Below are positions 27,803 to 39,336 of a stretch of DNA of 64,000 bases, one piece after another (the first letter of the stretch is position 1; every line of letters starts with the position of its first letter). The stretch lies in the NCBI GenBank assembly GCA_050293845.1, contig JBNKNM010000009.1:1-64000 (forward strand). Reading direction: 5' to 3'. The stretch is from Pseudobacteriovorax sp. (lineage in GTDB: Bacteria > Bdellovibrionota_B > Oligoflexia > Oligoflexales > Oligoflexaceae). Both the position numbers and the translations under genes were made by a program. Under the pieces are notes generated by a model, which saw nothing but the letters and a program-made list of their open reading frames with translations, ran no database searches and was not told where the DNA came from.

Positions 27803-30079
27803 CTAAAAATTTAGGGCTTGCTCTAGGGATTTACGAATCCCGGCAAGATCCAATTCCATATTGTCTATGACGATGCTCGATCCTCCTGGAACGCCCAACT
27901 TGTACAATTGCGCTTCCTTGGGAACTTGAGTCATAGCGGCAGCCAAAGCATCATCGCTCTTGAACTGCAAGAGGTATGCACCATTAAGGTCGGCAACTAA
28001 ACCCCATGTTCCAAGGTTTTCCATAGCTACTGGAAGAGTCACGGTAGCTCCTAGATCCGTAAACATCTTTGCCAAGCAAGTAGCAAACCCACCGTCCGCC
28101 ACATCTCGAGCTGCCTGCAAATATTCTTTATCTACAAATTCTTGCAACAGGCCAATAGCCGCCTTTTCATAGTCCCAGTCAATAACCGGTAGGGGGGCTT
28201 GATAGATTCCCCATCCTAAAGACTTTGCCAGCAGTGAGCCCCCGCAACTCCCTTGCAAAGTTTTGGGGGCTAACATCGCCAAAGGTCCTTCCGACTGGCC
28301 ACATGCTGATACAGCCTTACGCACATCTTGATGACGGCCCACCATCCCAATCATCGGAGTGGGAGCTATGGATACACCATCAGTAGTGTTATATAGGGAA
28401 ACATTGCCCGACACGACCGGGGTTTCCAACTCCTGACAGGCTTTGGTAATCCCATCGACACCCTGAGAAAACTGTCCCATGATTATAGGGTCCTCAGGAT
28501 TGCCATAGTTAAGGCAGTCAGTTATAGCGATGGGCTCAGCACCAGTTGCCGCAATCATCCTTGCAGACTTCAACACGGCGTAGGCAGCTCCCTCCTTAGG
28601 ATCGATTTGGCAGTATCTTTCGTTGCAGCTGGTGGCTACAGCTAAACCTAGGTAATCGTCTCCAGGAGCAGCCCAGGGGGATCTCACCCAAAGCAGTCCA
28701 GCCCCTTGATGCTCAGGGCCAAATACTGTTTTAGTTCCAATATGATAATCATACTGACGGTATATAGGTGTTTTATCTCCGACATCATTCAGTATCTTCT
28801 TAACAACAGCCCGCCATCCCAACTCATCCACTTTTTGCTGAATGGGATCGGAGCTGAGATCCTGAGGAGTAGTATACTCGAGAGGACGGCTATATTTAGG
28901 AGCCTTATCTGTTAGTGGGGCTACGGGAACATCAACCTCCAAAACGCCATTATGAGCAATCTGGACACGCCCCGAATAAGTCACAACTCCGATCACCGCA
29001 TAGGCTAGCTCCCATTTGTCCAGGCACTGGGCTAGCGCCTCCCATTTTGAGGGTTCGATAACCATGAGCATACGCTCCTGAGACTCCGATAACAGCAATT
29101 CATAAGCAGTCATGTTTTGGGTCCGTGTCGGTACCCGGCTAAGATCCATAAACAAGCCACTGCCAGCACGATCTGCCATCTCAAACGAAGACGATGTAAG
29201 GCCAGCAGCCCCCATGTCCTGAAGTCCAACAACAAGTTTTTTGTCAAGTACTTCGAGAGTTGCCTCTAGGAGAAGCTTTTCTGTAAATGGGTCCCCGACC
29301 TGAACCGTTGTTTTTTGACTGGAATCTCCCGATTCAAAGGAATCAGAAGCCATAGTAGCCCCATGAATTCCATCGCGGCCTGTCGCTGATCCTACATATA
29401 CAACCAAATTATCTTTGCCGCTGGCATAACCTTTGAAAATACGATCCTCGTGTATCAGCCCCACAGTCATGGCATTTACCAAGCAGTTTCCGTTATAGGT
29501 GGCATCAAATGAAACATTGCCTGCTATAGTAGGAACGCCAATACAATTACCATAATCACCAATTCCTTTGGTTACATATTCTAACAAGTAATGAGTTCGC
29601 GGATGCGATCGCTCTCCAAACCGGAGTGCATTGAGGTTGGCAACGGGCCTGGCCCCCATGCAAAAAACATCACGCAAAATTCCTCCAACACCTGTAGCCG
29701 CCCCCTGATAGGGTTCGATATAGCTAGGATGGTTGTGGGATTCCATTTTAAAAGCCGCACAAAGTTTGCCGGAAAGCCTTACAATACCAGCATTTTCACC
29801 AGGTCCTACCACTACATTTTTTCCAGTTGCCGGGAGACGTTTTAAATGGACCCTGGAGGATTTATAGGAGCAATGTTCACTCCACATGGAGGAAAAGACT
29901 CCCAGCTCCGCTAATGATGGCTGACGACCCAAAATACCTGTTAGAGTTTCATATTCTTCCTGATTAATCTTATGCGCCTTCAATGCAGCTGCTAGGACCT
30001 CCCTATTTTCAGTGTCTATAGGTTTGGCTTTAACTAACGACTGGATATCAGGAACTGAAAAATGCAGCTTTTCAGCCAT
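27803..30079 (-). CDS. purL: FGAM synthase subunit PurL (small-PurL type)
   Basis: [52 protein letters not shown] at 30079. Confidence 0.96.
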   Translation of the reverse strand: MAEKLHFSVPDIQSLVKAKPIDTENREVLAAALKAHKINQEEYETLTGILGRQPSLAELGVFSSMWSEHCSYKSSRVHLKRLPATGKNVVVGPGENAGIVRLSGKLCAAFKMESHNHPSYIEPYQGAATGVGGILRDVFCMGARPVANLNALRFGERSHPRTHYLLEYVTKGIGDYGNCIGVPTIAGNVSFDATYNGNCLVNAMTVGLIHEDRIFKGYASGKDNLVVYVGSATGRDGIHGATMASDSFESGDSSQKTTVQVGDPFTEKLLLEATLEVLDKKLVVGLQDMGAAGLTSSSFEMADRAGSGLFMDLSRVPTRTQNMTAYELLLSESQERMLMVIEPSKWEALAQCLDKWELAYAVIGVVTYSGRVQIAHNGVLEVDVPVAPLTDKAPKYSRPLEYTTPQDLSSDPIQQKVDELGWRAVVKKILNDVGDKTPIYRQYDYHIGTKTVFGPEHQGAGLLWVRSPWAAPGDDYLGLAVATSCNERYCQIDPKEGAAYAVLKSARMIAATGAEPIAITDCLNYGNPEDPIIMGQFSQGVDGITKACQELETPVVSGNVSLYNTTDGVSIAPTPMIGMVGRHQDVRKAVSACGQSEGPLAMLAPKTLQGSCGGSLLAKSLGWGIYQAPLPVIDWDYEKAAIGLLQEFVDKEYLQAARDVADGGFATCLAKMFTDLGATVTLPVAMENLGTWGLVADLNGAYLLQFKSDDALAAAMTQVPKEAQLYKLGVPGGSSIVIDNMELDLAGIRKSLEQALNF

Positions 30080-30129
30080 TTCATTTCTCCCAAAAAGAAA
30101 AGAGGGCATAAAGCCCTCTTGTATTACTT

Positions 30130-30849
30130 TTACATGACACTGGCCAAAAAAGCCCTTATAATCTCTAACCCCTGTTTGCTACCACCCATCAAACGATCTG
30201 TGGCCCTTTCAGGGTGGGGCATCATACCTAAAATGCGGCCGTCTTCACTAACGATACCGGCGATATTACCAACAGACCCGTTAGGATTAGCCGCCTCCGT
30301 TACATGGCCATCATCATCGCAGTACTGGAACAGAACCTGCCCCCTATCCTGAAGCTTTTTATATTCATCCGTTGAAACAAAAAACTGCCCTTCACCATGG
30401 GCAATAGGCATGCGGTAGGTAATATCAGCAGCAAGATTGTGGTGATAACCTGTTGCACCTGGTGCTACCTTGAGATTGACGGTTTGACAAATAAATTTGA
30501 GATTTTTATTCCGTAATAAAGCACCTGGTAAAAGCTGACATTCAGTTAAGATCTGAAAACCATTACAGATACCGATGACCGCCCCGCCTTTTCCCGCAAA
30601 TTCTTTGACCTGAGTCATGATCTTGGCATGGGAGGCCAGGGCTCCCCCGCGAAGGTAGTCTCCATAACTAAAACCACCAGGAAGAATAAGACCGTCTAAT
30701 TTTGGTAATTCATTCGCAGTATGAGAGATGAGGGTCAAGGGGATCTGGAAATGACGCTGGAATGTATCGATGCAATCAGCATCACAATTGGAACCTGGGA
30801 ATTGGATCAGACCAATGCGCGGCTTGCCTTGTGAAGAGTTCTCAACCAT
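30130..30849 (-). CDS. purQ: FGAM synthase glutaminase subunit PurQ
   Basis: [37 protein letters not shown] at 30849. Confidence 0.96.
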   Translation of the reverse strand: MVENSSQGKPRIGLIQFPGSNCDADCIDTFQRHFQIPLTLISHTANELPKLDGLILPGGFSYGDYLRGGALASHAKIMTQVKEFAGKGGAVIGICNGFQILTECQLLPGALLRNKNLKFICQTVNLKVAPGATGYHHNLAADITYRMPIAHGEGQFFVSTDEYKKLQDRGQVLFQYCDDDGHVTEAANPNGSVGNIAGIVSEDGRILGMMPHPERATDRLMGGSKQGLEIIRAFLASVM

Positions 30850-31087
30850 TTTCAAGCTTCCTAACCACAAATGTTTCTGAAACCGGGTTAGCGAGGTGTT
30901 CTTTAGCAAGAAACTCAGCTTTTTCAAAGGCTTCTTTATCGTTTCCCGCTATGTCTAGCACAAATCGCTTCGAAACATGGATGTCAATCAGCTCATTGTG
31001 CCCTAGTCTGTTAAGGGTTTCCTTGATAGCACGACCTTGGGTGTCCAAGACCTCTTTTTTAAGTTCAACCAGTACTTCAAATTGCAT
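30842..31087 (-). CDS. purS: FGAM synthase subunit PurS
   Basis: VELKKEVLDTQGRAI, LANPVSE; position directly upstream of purQ. Confidence 0.93.
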   Translation of the reverse strand: MQFEVLVELKKEVLDTQGRAIKETLNRLGHNELIDIHVSKRFVLDIAGNDKEAFEKAEFLAKEHLANPVSETFVVRKLENG

Positions 31088-31092
31088 ATGAA

Positions 31093-31842
31093 CTATTCCT
31101 TGCTGGTTAGGCCGGCCTTCAAATACTCACGATTCATCTTCGCGATAAAATCTACTGAGATACCTTTTGGACACACAGCTTCGCATTCGTATTGATTCGT
31201 ACAGTTACCAAATCCCAGCTCATCGGCGGCGCGAACCATATGAAGAACCCTACTCTTGCGTTCCGGCTGTCCTTGGGGAAGAAGAGCCAAATGTGAAACT
31301 TTCGCAGCGACAAATAGCATTGCCGAAGCGTTCTTGCAAGAGGCAACACAAGCACCACAACCAATGCATTCAGCAGCATCCATAGCCTCATCGGCATCGG
31401 TTTTGGCGATGGGAATGGCGTTGGCGTCGGGAACACCGCCAGTGGAAACTGAAACAAATCCACCCGATTGGATGATTTTATCGAAGGCTTGTCTTTCTAC
31501 CATCAGATCCTTAATGACGGGAAAAGCCTTCGCTCGCCAAGGTTCAATATAAATTTCATCCCCGTCTTTAAAGCTTCTCATATGTAGCTGGCAAGTTGTG
31601 GTTTTCTTGTCGGGGCCATGGGCCACACCATTGATGACCATGGAACATGCGCCACAGATACCTTCACGACAATCATGATCAAAGGTTACCGGCTCATCTC
31701 CAGACTCGATAAGCTCTTCATTTACCTGGTCTAACATTTCTAAAAATGAGCTATTTGGGGAGATACCCTTAGCCTTATAGGTAGCAAGTTTACCCTGTGA
31801 CTTGTTATCAGCCTGGCGCCAGACATGTAAAGTTAGATCCAT
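31093..31842 (-). CDS. sdhB: Succinate dehydrogenase/fumarate reductase iron-sulfur subunit
   Basis: [32 protein letters not shown]. Confidence 0.95.
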   Translation of the reverse strand: MDLTLHVWRQADNKSQGKLATYKAKGISPNSSFLEMLDQVNEELIESGDEPVTFDHDCREGICGACSMVINGVAHGPDKKTTTCQLHMRSFKDGDEIYIEPWRAKAFPVIKDLMVERQAFDKIIQSGGFVSVSTGGVPDANAIPIAKTDADEAMDAAECIGCGACVASCKNASAMLFVAAKVSHLALLPQGQPERKSRVLHMVRAADELGFGNCTNQYECEAVCPKGISVDFIAKMNREYLKAGLTSKE

Positions 31843-33755
31843 TACTTGTAACTCCTTGTAGCTAGCTTCACATTTTCAAAAACAAGGGATTCTTTTTGCA
31901 TTTTTGGCTTACTACTATCCCCCTGATATTCCCATACAGCGGCGTGGGAATAACTGTCATCATGTCTTAAAGCTTCCCCATCAGCAGTTTGATGCTCCTC
32001 ACGGAAGTGGCCTCCACAAGACTCCTCCCGCTCTAATGCATCGCGGCACATCAATTCACCATGCTCTAAGAAATCGGCTACACGACCAGCCTTTTCCAAG
32101 GACTGGTTGGTTTGAGAACCATCGCCTAAGACTCGAACATTGTTCCAGAACTCCTCTCGAATCTCCGGGATACGCTGGAGAGCTTCTTCCAGTCCCTGTT
32201 TATTCCGCGCCATGCCACACTTATCCCACATAACCTTACCCAACTCCTTATGAAAGGAATCCACAGAACGCTTACCGTTGATATTGAGTAATTTCTTTGT
32301 TTTTTCAGTAACTTCAGCTTCGATACGAGCAAATTCAGGGTGGCTGGTATCTACCGCTTCCAGCTTTTCACTGGCAAGATAATGGCCAATAGTATGGGGA
32401 ATGACAAAGTAACCATCAGCGAGGCCTTGCATTAAAGCACTAGCACCAAGGCGGTTTGCTCCATGATCGGAGAAGTTAGCCTCTCCTAAAACATGAAGTC
32501 CTGGTAAGTTACTCATGAGATTATAATCTACCCACAAACCACCCATAGTGTAATGAACAGCAGGGAAAATGCGCATGGGAACTTTATAGGGGTTTTCTGC
32601 GGTGATTTTTTCATACATCTCGAATAAGTTACTGTACTTGTCACGAACTACATTCTCACCATCTCTTTTGATGGCATCAGCAAAATCTAAATAAACACCA
32701 AGTCCTGTTTCCCCTACCCCGTTGCCAGCATCACAGGCTTCTTTTGCACTGCGCGAAGCAATATCGCGCGGCGATAGGTTACCAAAACTCGGATATTTCC
32801 GTTCCAAGTAATAGTCCCTCTCCTCATGAGGAATATCACCTGGTGCACGCTTGTCCCCTTTTTGTTTTGGAACCCATACGCGGCCATCGTTTCTTAGAGA
32901 TTCTGACATCAAGGTTAATTTAGATTGATGAGTTCCACTAACAGGAATACAAGTGGGATGAATCTGAGTATAGCAAGGATTGGCAAAGCCGGCCCCTCTT
33001 TTGTAGCAGCGATAGGCAGCGGTAACATTACTGCCTTTAGCATTAGTTGAAAGGAAGAAAACATTGCCATAGCCACCTGTAGCTAAAACAACGGCTTCGG
33101 CAGCATAAGAGCTAATTTTACCCGTTTTTAAGTCACGAACGACAATGCCGCGCGCCTTACCATCTACCATCACAAGGTCTAACATCTCCGTCCGGGGAAA
33201 CATTTTTACCTTACCTGCACCAATCTGCCTACTGAGTGCTGAATAAGCTCCCAACAATAGCTGCTGGCCAGTTTGACCTCTTGCATAGAAGGTTCGGGAA
33301 ACCTGCGCTCCTCCAAAGGATCGGTTGGCTAAGAGACCGCCATACTCGCGGGCAAAAGGAACGCCTTGCGCCACACACTGGTCAATGATGTTAACGCTAA
33401 CCTGGGCGAGCCGGTATACATTAGCTTCACGGGAACGGAAATCCCCGCCTTTGATAGTATCGTAGAATAATCGAAAAACACTATCACTATCGCTCGGATA
33501 ATTCTTTGCAGCATTGATACCTCCTTGGGCGGCAATGCTATGGGCTCTTCGGGGGCTGTCTTGAAAGCAAAAATTATAGACATCATAGCCTAACTCTGCC
33601 ATGGAAGCTGCTGCAGAGGCACCGGCTAGGCCTGTGCCTACCACAATAACACGAAATTTTCTTTTATTTGCAGGATTAACCAATTTAGTTTCAAATTTAT
33701 GCTTATCCCACTTTTCTGCAAGTGGTCCGCTCGGAATCTTTGCATCTAGTTGCAT
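31842..33755 (-). CDS. sdhA: Succinate dehydrogenase/fumarate reductase flavoprotein subunit
   Basis: [36 protein letters not shown]. Confidence 0.95.
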   Translation of the reverse strand: MQLDAKIPSGPLAEKWDKHKFETKLVNPANKRKFRVIVVGTGLAGASAAASMAELGYDVYNFCFQDSPRRAHSIAAQGGINAAKNYPSDSDSVFRLFYDTIKGGDFRSREANVYRLAQVSVNIIDQCVAQGVPFAREYGGLLANRSFGGAQVSRTFYARGQTGQQLLLGAYSALSRQIGAGKVKMFPRTEMLDLVMVDGKARGIVVRDLKTGKISSYAAEAVVLATGGYGNVFFLSTNAKGSNVTAAYRCYKRGAGFANPCYTQIHPTCIPVSGTHQSKLTLMSESLRNDGRVWVPKQKGDKRAPGDIPHEERDYYLERKYPSFGNLSPRDIASRSAKEACDAGNGVGETGLGVYLDFADAIKRDGENVVRDKYSNLFEMYEKITAENPYKVPMRIFPAVHYTMGGLWVDYNLMSNLPGLHVLGEANFSDHGANRLGASALMQGLADGYFVIPHTIGHYLASEKLEAVDTSHPEFARIEAEVTEKTKKLLNINGKRSVDSFHKELGKVMWDKCGMARNKQGLEEALQRIPEIREEFWNNVRVLGDGSQTNQSLEKAGRVADFLEHGELMCRDALEREESCGGHFREEHQTADGEALRHDDSYSHAAVWEYQGDSSKPKMQKESLVFENVKLATRSYK

Positions 33756-33806
33756 GACTCATTCTCCTTAGTCTCAATCAGAGTACAGATTTTATGGCTA
33801 ATTTAA

Positions 33807-34484
33807 CTACTTGATAACACCAATTAGCACGGATAGAGGTATGATCATTCCCGCTATACTAACAACCCACCCGATAAGGGGGGGAATTCCATTGATGGCG
33901 GGCTGATACTTAGGATGATTTAAACCCAACGACTGAAACATACTCTTGGCACCATGACTCAAATGGAAGCCAACTAAAAGCATCGCAATCATATAGAATA
34001 AGGAAATGAGCGGCTGCTGAAAACCTTGCACGACCATGCTATAAACATCATCCCGACCTAAAGAGTCAACGAAGGGGCCTTTGTAGGCTATGATATGCCA
34101 AGTATAGTGAGCCAGATGATAAGCGATAAAAGACAATAAAACTAACCCCGACAGCGGCATCGTGCGGGAAGCAAGTGACGCCTGAACCGTATGAGGTTTT
34201 GAATACTTGACAGGCCGTGCTGCCCTATTTGCTTTTGTTAATTTGATAGCCGTGAAGATATGCACCAAAAACATTACGACCAACCCGGCTCTAGCTAACC
34301 AAAGGGCCCCAAATGGGAGTTGCCTTAAGCCCAGGGCATAGGCATTCATGGCATCTTGACCGAAAAATAGGTTGTAGTTCCCCAAAATATGGCCAATTAC
34401 AAATAGATAGATTCCGGCTCCAGTCAATGCCATCAGATACTTGGAGCCTAATGAAGATTGAAAAAACTGTCCTGTCCAGCTCAT
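33807..34484 (-). CDS. sdhC: Succinate dehydrogenase cytochrome b subunit (single five-TM anchor)
   Basis: KYLMALTG; TM His residues (GHILGN, VHI, YHLAH, FHLSHG); upstream of sdhA. Confidence 0.9.
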   Translation of the reverse strand: MSWTGQFFQSSLGSKYLMALTGAGIYLFVIGHILGNYNLFFGQDAMNAYALGLRQLPFGALWLARAGLVVMFLVHIFTAIKLTKANRAARPVKYSKPHTVQASLASRTMPLSGLVLLSFIAYHLAHYTWHIIAYKGPFVDSLGRDDVYSMVVQGFQQPLISLFYMIAMLLVGFHLSHGAKSMFQSLGLNHPKYQPAINGIPPLIGWVVSIAGMIIPLSVLIGVIK

Positions 34485-34577
34485 AAATACGCCTCCGCGA
34501 GGAAAGAAAACAAAGTCACAAAACGGGATGACCGCTGATTTCTATAGCAATAAAAAAAGTTTTTCTACGGTAAAGGC

Positions 34578-34607
34578 AAAAAAGTAGGGCTTCCTTATCT
34601 GGAAGCC
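34578..34607 (-). terminator. Terminator-like hairpin after the M16 peptidase gene
   Basis: GGCTTCC-N6-GGAAGCC, followed on the minus strand by CTACTTTTTT. Confidence 0.45.
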
Positions 34608-34660
34608 AGCAGCATGGTACCATGAAAATTAGATGAGTTGTATAGCAACCTTAGCCTAAC

Positions 34661-37225
34661 TCAAGTACTGCCAACGGTAACTACTGCCATTTTTGCTAAG
34701 TCAATAATTCGTTGAGCCACTCGTTTCACATCGGCAGGATTGACCCTTTTAATATGTTTTGAGTAATTGAGGAAGTCGTCAAATCCTACTCCGTAGATTT
34801 CCATCAAAGCCATGGTAAGAGCTTGGGCATCACCCCGCTGCATTTCTGCTTCATGAGAACCTATGAGATAATTTTTCGCCCGGTCCAATTCTTCATGGGA
34901 AATATTTTGCTCACAAACCAACTGAAACTCCCTTTCCAAACTGATAAGAGCTTGGTCGATCTTTTCAGGGGTACAGGCAATGTAAGCACCAAATGCCCCT
35001 GGAGCTACACCGTAGGTAAGCATAGGAGAAACCGTATAGGCCAAGCTTTCTTGATCCCTAAGCCGGATAAAAAGCCGTCCGCCACTGCCTCCCAGTGCCG
35101 TTGATAGCACATCAAGAGCATAACGATCTTTATCAAACCATGTTATTCCCGGAAACCCCATAACCACATGGGTTTGTTCCTTATCTTTTGCAATTCCCGC
35201 TTTCTGATGGGAGAATTCTTTCAAAGGGCAATGAAATTTACGCTCCTCGGTTTTGGGTTTCCATTCGCCTAAGATCTCCAAGAGGTGAGCTTTGACTTCA
35301 TTTTCATCTAGACTACCAACAGCCCCAATCACCCAGCTCCCTTGATCCCGGTAAACCTTAAACTCTTGCTCCAGGGACGACGCCGCGTGCCCTTCCAAAA
35401 CCGCATTGGTACCATAAATGGGATACTGGTAAGGATGATCTTGGTATAACATTTCCTGAAATTTTCTTACAGCCATATTGGCTGGTGAGTCTTGCTCTGA
35501 GCGCAATTCGTCTAGGATTTCCAGCTTGGTAATTTCCCACTGCCGCGGGGGAAAAACAGGATCGAGTAGGCACTCAGCCCAGGTGCGTGATATTTGATGA
35601 AAACGCTCATTAAAACATTGCAATTTAAGGCCCAGGCTGTCTTTTCCCGAGAATCCCGCAAGAATCGTTCCCGTTCCCTCTACCTCATTCAATAGATCAT
35701 CATAACCAAGGCGACTATTCGCCGAACCCAATAAGTTGGCAAAGCAATTTTGGAGCCCTGGAACACGATCTCCGCGCAACCCACCTTGGGTCACAGCTAC
35801 CATATTGAATAAATTCACTTCATCAATACGCCGGTATACAAGCTTGATACCAGGCAAAAGTTCCGTCATCGTAGGGGCTATTTGCTGCGCAAGATCATTC
35901 TTTTTCGGTAAGGTATTAAAAATATCATATTGCCGAGAACCACCCTGGCTTCCTGCAACAAAAGCATCACGGATTTGTTCGGGGCATAGGGGGGAGTCTT
36001 CCGATAAAACAAGGGCAATCGTCGCCTTGGACAAATCAATCCATTTCTTAACTGCATTGGATACACTCTCGCAACTAGCCTTCTGCACCTTAACTTCATA
36101 GATGTCATCGTATAAGGTTTTATGGTGAGTTGCTAGCGAATGCCCTAAAGATCGCGCAATACCTCCCACTGTTTCATCTTGATAGAGTTGATCAGCCCGT
36201 AAATTAATAACCGCACGTTGTAATTCAATTTCTGTGATGGGATGAGTCGTCGCTAGCTTTTTTAATTCTTCACCAATCTGATGAATACACTGTAATATTT
36301 TATTGGGCTCAGGGATCGCACTCACTCCAAACAAACCACCAAAGGCTGGCGCGTACAAAGAGCAACCTACAGAGCTGGCTACACCTGCATTATCCCGCAA
36401 TTCCCGATTTAGTCGTGATGAATCCCCACAACCTAGCGCAAAGGCTCCCAAGTCTAAATCCACCTGATCGGGATCTTCCAAACTAGGCCCCGGAAAGGCC
36501 ACTTCAATGCGCGGCTGCGCATAGTCTCCCCGAATAACTTTGACCTCGATATCATCAAGTTCAACTAGCTGAGGGAGGTACTTTTCAGGAATATACTGGC
36601 TAGAAGGATGACCAAATTTTTCCTGAATTTCTGGAAAGATATTTCTGGTGTCAACGTCACCAACAACGATAAGTCTCATATTCCTAGGATGATACCACTC
36701 CCTATGGAACTTTATCAGATCTTCACGAGAAAAGCGGGCCACCTGCTCTTCAAAGCCGATAATCGGCCGCGCGGCCGCCGTCCCTTGATAAATTCTCTCA
36801 AAAACCACACGCCCTAGTTTTTGTGTAGGACTATCGTGAGCCTGTCTAATTTCTTCGAGGATAACCTCCTGCTCTCTTTTCAGCTCCTCCTCAACAAAAG
36901 TACTGTTGAAAATAGCGTCGGAAAGGATGTCGATACCCTCAAAGGCATACTCCGATGACAGTGTAAGGTAGTAGACAGTATGATCAAATGTAGTAAACGC
37001 GTTGATCTCCCCGCCATAGGCCTCAACTTGACGAGAAATATCACCGACCCCACGTTTCTGGGTACCCTTAAACAGCATATGCTCCAACACATGAGCCATA
37101 CCGTATTGGTCAGGTCTCTCGTTCAGAGAGCCGACACCTATCCAGCACTGAATAGCAACCATCTTCGAAACATGAGACTCTTTGATTACTAATTCTAGTC
37201 CGTTATCCAGCATGCGATGAAGCAT
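34661..37225 (-). CDS. M16 (pitrilysin/insulinase) zinc peptidase, two-half fusion
   Basis: GMAHVLEHMLFKGT (HxxEH), NAFTTFD, RLF..LR....LAY in the C-terminal half. Confidence 0.92.
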   Translation of the reverse strand: MLHRMLDNGLELVIKESHVSKMVAIQCWIGVGSLNERPDQYGMAHVLEHMLFKGTQKRGVGDISRQVEAYGGEINAFTTFDHTVYYLTLSSEYAFEGIDILSDAIFNSTFVEEELKREQEVILEEIRQAHDSPTQKLGRVVFERIYQGTAAARPIIGFEEQVARFSREDLIKFHREWYHPRNMRLIVVGDVDTRNIFPEIQEKFGHPSSQYIPEKYLPQLVELDDIEVKVIRGDYAQPRIEVAFPGPSLEDPDQVDLDLGAFALGCGDSSRLNRELRDNAGVASSVGCSLYAPAFGGLFGVSAIPEPNKILQCIHQIGEELKKLATTHPITEIELQRAVINLRADQLYQDETVGGIARSLGHSLATHHKTLYDDIYEVKVQKASCESVSNAVKKWIDLSKATIALVLSEDSPLCPEQIRDAFVAGSQGGSRQYDIFNTLPKKNDLAQQIAPTMTELLPGIKLVYRRIDEVNLFNMVAVTQGGLRGDRVPGLQNCFANLLGSANSRLGYDDLLNEVEGTGTILAGFSGKDSLGLKLQCFNERFHQISRTWAECLLDPVFPPRQWEITKLEILDELRSEQDSPANMAVRKFQEMLYQDHPYQYPIYGTNAVLEGHAASSLEQEFKVYRDQGSWVIGAVGSLDENEVKAHLLEILGEWKPKTEERKFHCPLKEFSHQKAGIAKDKEQTHVVMGFPGITWFDKDRYALDVLSTALGGSGGRLFIRLRDQESLAYTVSPMLTYGVAPGAFGAYIACTPEKIDQALISLEREFQLVCEQNISHEELDRAKNYLIGSHEAEMQRGDAQALTMALMEIYGVGFDDFLNYSKHIKRVNPADVKRVAQRIIDLAKMAVVTVGST

Positions 37226-37242
37226 ATATTATATCCTTAAAA

Positions 37243-38229
37243 CTACATTTTCATCATAACTTGTAGAGAGATTGCTGAGTGCAGATCGCTGTACTCCAAA
37301 TATGGTCTTGATATCGTATAGGTGAGCGAGTAATTCTGCTGCACTAACCCCAGCCCTCCCGCTATACTTTGGCGCTTATCCTCTTGATCCAAGGAGTTGC
37401 CGAAAACAAGATCAAAGCGGACAAGATTATATATTTTAACCTTATTTCCGAAGAAAATCATGTTCTCATCTTGGGTTAGGCCACTGTCACTAGGCCTAGG
37501 TGCGGCTCCGGTAACCAAGTCCCCCTCAATCTGGTCGATGCGATCGCGACTGCGAAGATCACCATAGAGGGTCCACTCTGGTACTATTTCCCAGGATAAA
37601 CCCACCCGGTAAAAACGGGGAGCCATCTCGGCAATGGCCTTGTTGTTCAGATTTTGTACCGAAAAACCTACTTTGATGGACTGTGTTAGATAGGCTACCG
37701 CTCCTAAACCCAGGGAAACTCCTTTAATATCATCGCTATGCTCGAGCCGAGACGGGACACCTTCTTGGTAAAACAGGCTCATACCAAGAGCGACATTTTT
37801 AAGAGGGTAAGCAATCCCTAGGGCGGCCCTTTTAACCGTCAGGCTATCACGCTCCAAGCGACCCTCAATGCTCTTTGCCTTATCTTGAAAGCCAGTATAA
37901 GTTGCCGCTGCAGCATACTTCGAGGTTACACCATCAACGATCCCCACCCTATAGAAACTTCTTCCAGCATCAGGCCAGTGATAAGAAGCTCCCATGGAAT
38001 ATTCCCTATTTAAAACGAGAAGGGCTGGGTTAACTTGGACAGCTGACAGGGCATCGGCTTCGGTAGCTCCAGCATTAAGAATCCCAGATGCGGTACCACC
38101 TGCCTGTTCATACTCATTTGGGATGCGATAATCCCTAGCCGCCCATGCCCATTTACTTGTTAAAATAGTGGCGATGAGTAAACTGTACTTTAAATCTGAC
38201 ATAAGGATCCTCCCCCAAGTCATCGACAA
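37243..38229 (-). CDS. Putative outer-membrane beta-barrel protein (FadL/PorV-like)
   Basis: Signal peptide; DALSAVQVNPALL (NPA motif); alternating amphipathic strands. Start may be 38202. Confidence 0.6.
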   Translation of the reverse strand: MSMTWGRILMSDLKYSLLIATILTSKWAWAARDYRIPNEYEQAGGTASGILNAGATEADALSAVQVNPALLVLNREYSMGASYHWPDAGRSFYRVGIVDGVTSKYAAAATYTGFQDKAKSIEGRLERDSLTVKRAALGIAYPLKNVALGMSLFYQEGVPSRLEHSDDIKGVSLGLGAVAYLTQSIKVGFSVQNLNNKAIAEMAPRFYRVGLSWEIVPEWTLYGDLRSRDRIDQIEGDLVTGAAPRPSDSGLTQDENMIFFGNKVKIYNLVRFDLVFGNSLDQEDKRQSIAGGLGLVQQNYSLTYTISRPYLEYSDLHSAISLQVMMKM

Positions 38230-38234
38230 CAGTT

Positions 38235-38570
38235 TTATTTTTTTGCAGCTTTTGTTGTAAAACCGCTGACATGACTCTTTTGAACTTTTAGCGTCGTACT
38301 AGCCGATGCTTCGATGGTAATAAAAAGATCTGAAATACTTTTCACGCGACCGATAATCCCTCCGGTGGTAACCACTTCGTCACCAGCCTTGAGCTCACTC
38401 ATAAGCTTCTGATGTTCTTTTTGCTTTTTGGCTTGGGGCCGAATAAAAACAAAGTACAGCATCACTAACAATAATGCTGGCATTCCAAATAGCTCAAACA
38501 TACTTGGTTCTTTTGCCGCTGCTCCTGCCCCTTGAGCAAAGGCTGTTGGTATAAGTTCGCTGATTATCAT
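38235..38570 (-). CDS. yajC: Preprotein translocase subunit YajC
   Basis: YFVFIRPQAKKQKEH, LKAGDEVVTTGGIIGRV. Confidence 0.95.
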   Translation of the reverse strand: MIISELIPTAFAQGAGAAAKEPSMFELFGMPALLLVMLYFVFIRPQAKKQKEHQKLMSELKAGDEVVTTGGIIGRVKSISDLFITIEASASTTLKVQKSHVSGFTTKAAKK

Positions 38571-38659
38571 TTTTTAACCTCTCGGATATGATATAAATGA
38601 GGACCGAATCTACTGTACTAAAGCAGGCAATGCAATGATTAGGGCTCCTCTATTCTGGG

Positions 38660-39211
38660 TCAGCCAACCTGAGTGTTCGATAAACTCTGCTGCGCAATAT
38701 CATCTATCTGACGTGTTTCAATTTTTGCAAGACGATAGGCTGACACCCCTAGTAGTGGCAGGAATAACAGGCTACAAAAGACCGCTTTCAGCATCAGCAC
38801 AAGGCCCAGTCCTTCAAAAATTCTAGCTAGATATTCGGGATGCTTCAACCAACGATAGGGACCGCTCTCCACCTTTTTAACACCAACCACATAGATACAT
38901 CGTTTTGACCACAGTTGCCCTAGGGAATGCATCGCCCAAAAACGTAAGCACACCCCAATGAAGAGGATAAGCCCGCCCATAATACGCCATGATTTCGGTA
39001 AAGGGAAAAATCCGAGATAGTATTCCATGATAGCAAAGGCAAAAAGCCAGTAATTAATACAATAAAAAGACATACTCAAGGACCTAGCCAACTCTTCACC
39101 TCCGCAAAAGCGCAGCGCAAGAATATTCTGGCGGTGCAAACGACTGTCTATAAGCAATGTCAGTAAAAATCCTAGCAAAATAGCTGTTATTCCTATGGAA
39201 AATGCTACCAT
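38660..39211 (-). CDS. Isoprenylcysteine carboxyl methyltransferase-family membrane protein
   Basis: LRFWAMHSLGQLWS, GPYRWLKHPEY, terminal IE motif. Confidence 0.8.
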   Translation of the reverse strand: MVAFSIGITAILLGFLLTLLIDSRLHRQNILALRFCGGEELARSLSMSFYCINYWLFAFAIMEYYLGFFPLPKSWRIMGGLILFIGVCLRFWAMHSLGQLWSKRCIYVVGVKKVESGPYRWLKHPEYLARIFEGLGLVLMLKAVFCSLLFLPLLGVSAYRLAKIETRQIDDIAQQSLSNTQVG

Positions 39212-39336
39212 ATGCCGTCTCCATGATTATTTTCTTTTTTCTCGCTTGCCTTAGTGATTAGCATATCAAAAAGTCTCTTTATTAATCGAGCCTGAAGAAG
39301 TATGGACGTATTTCATTATCATGTAAGGGGTTAACG

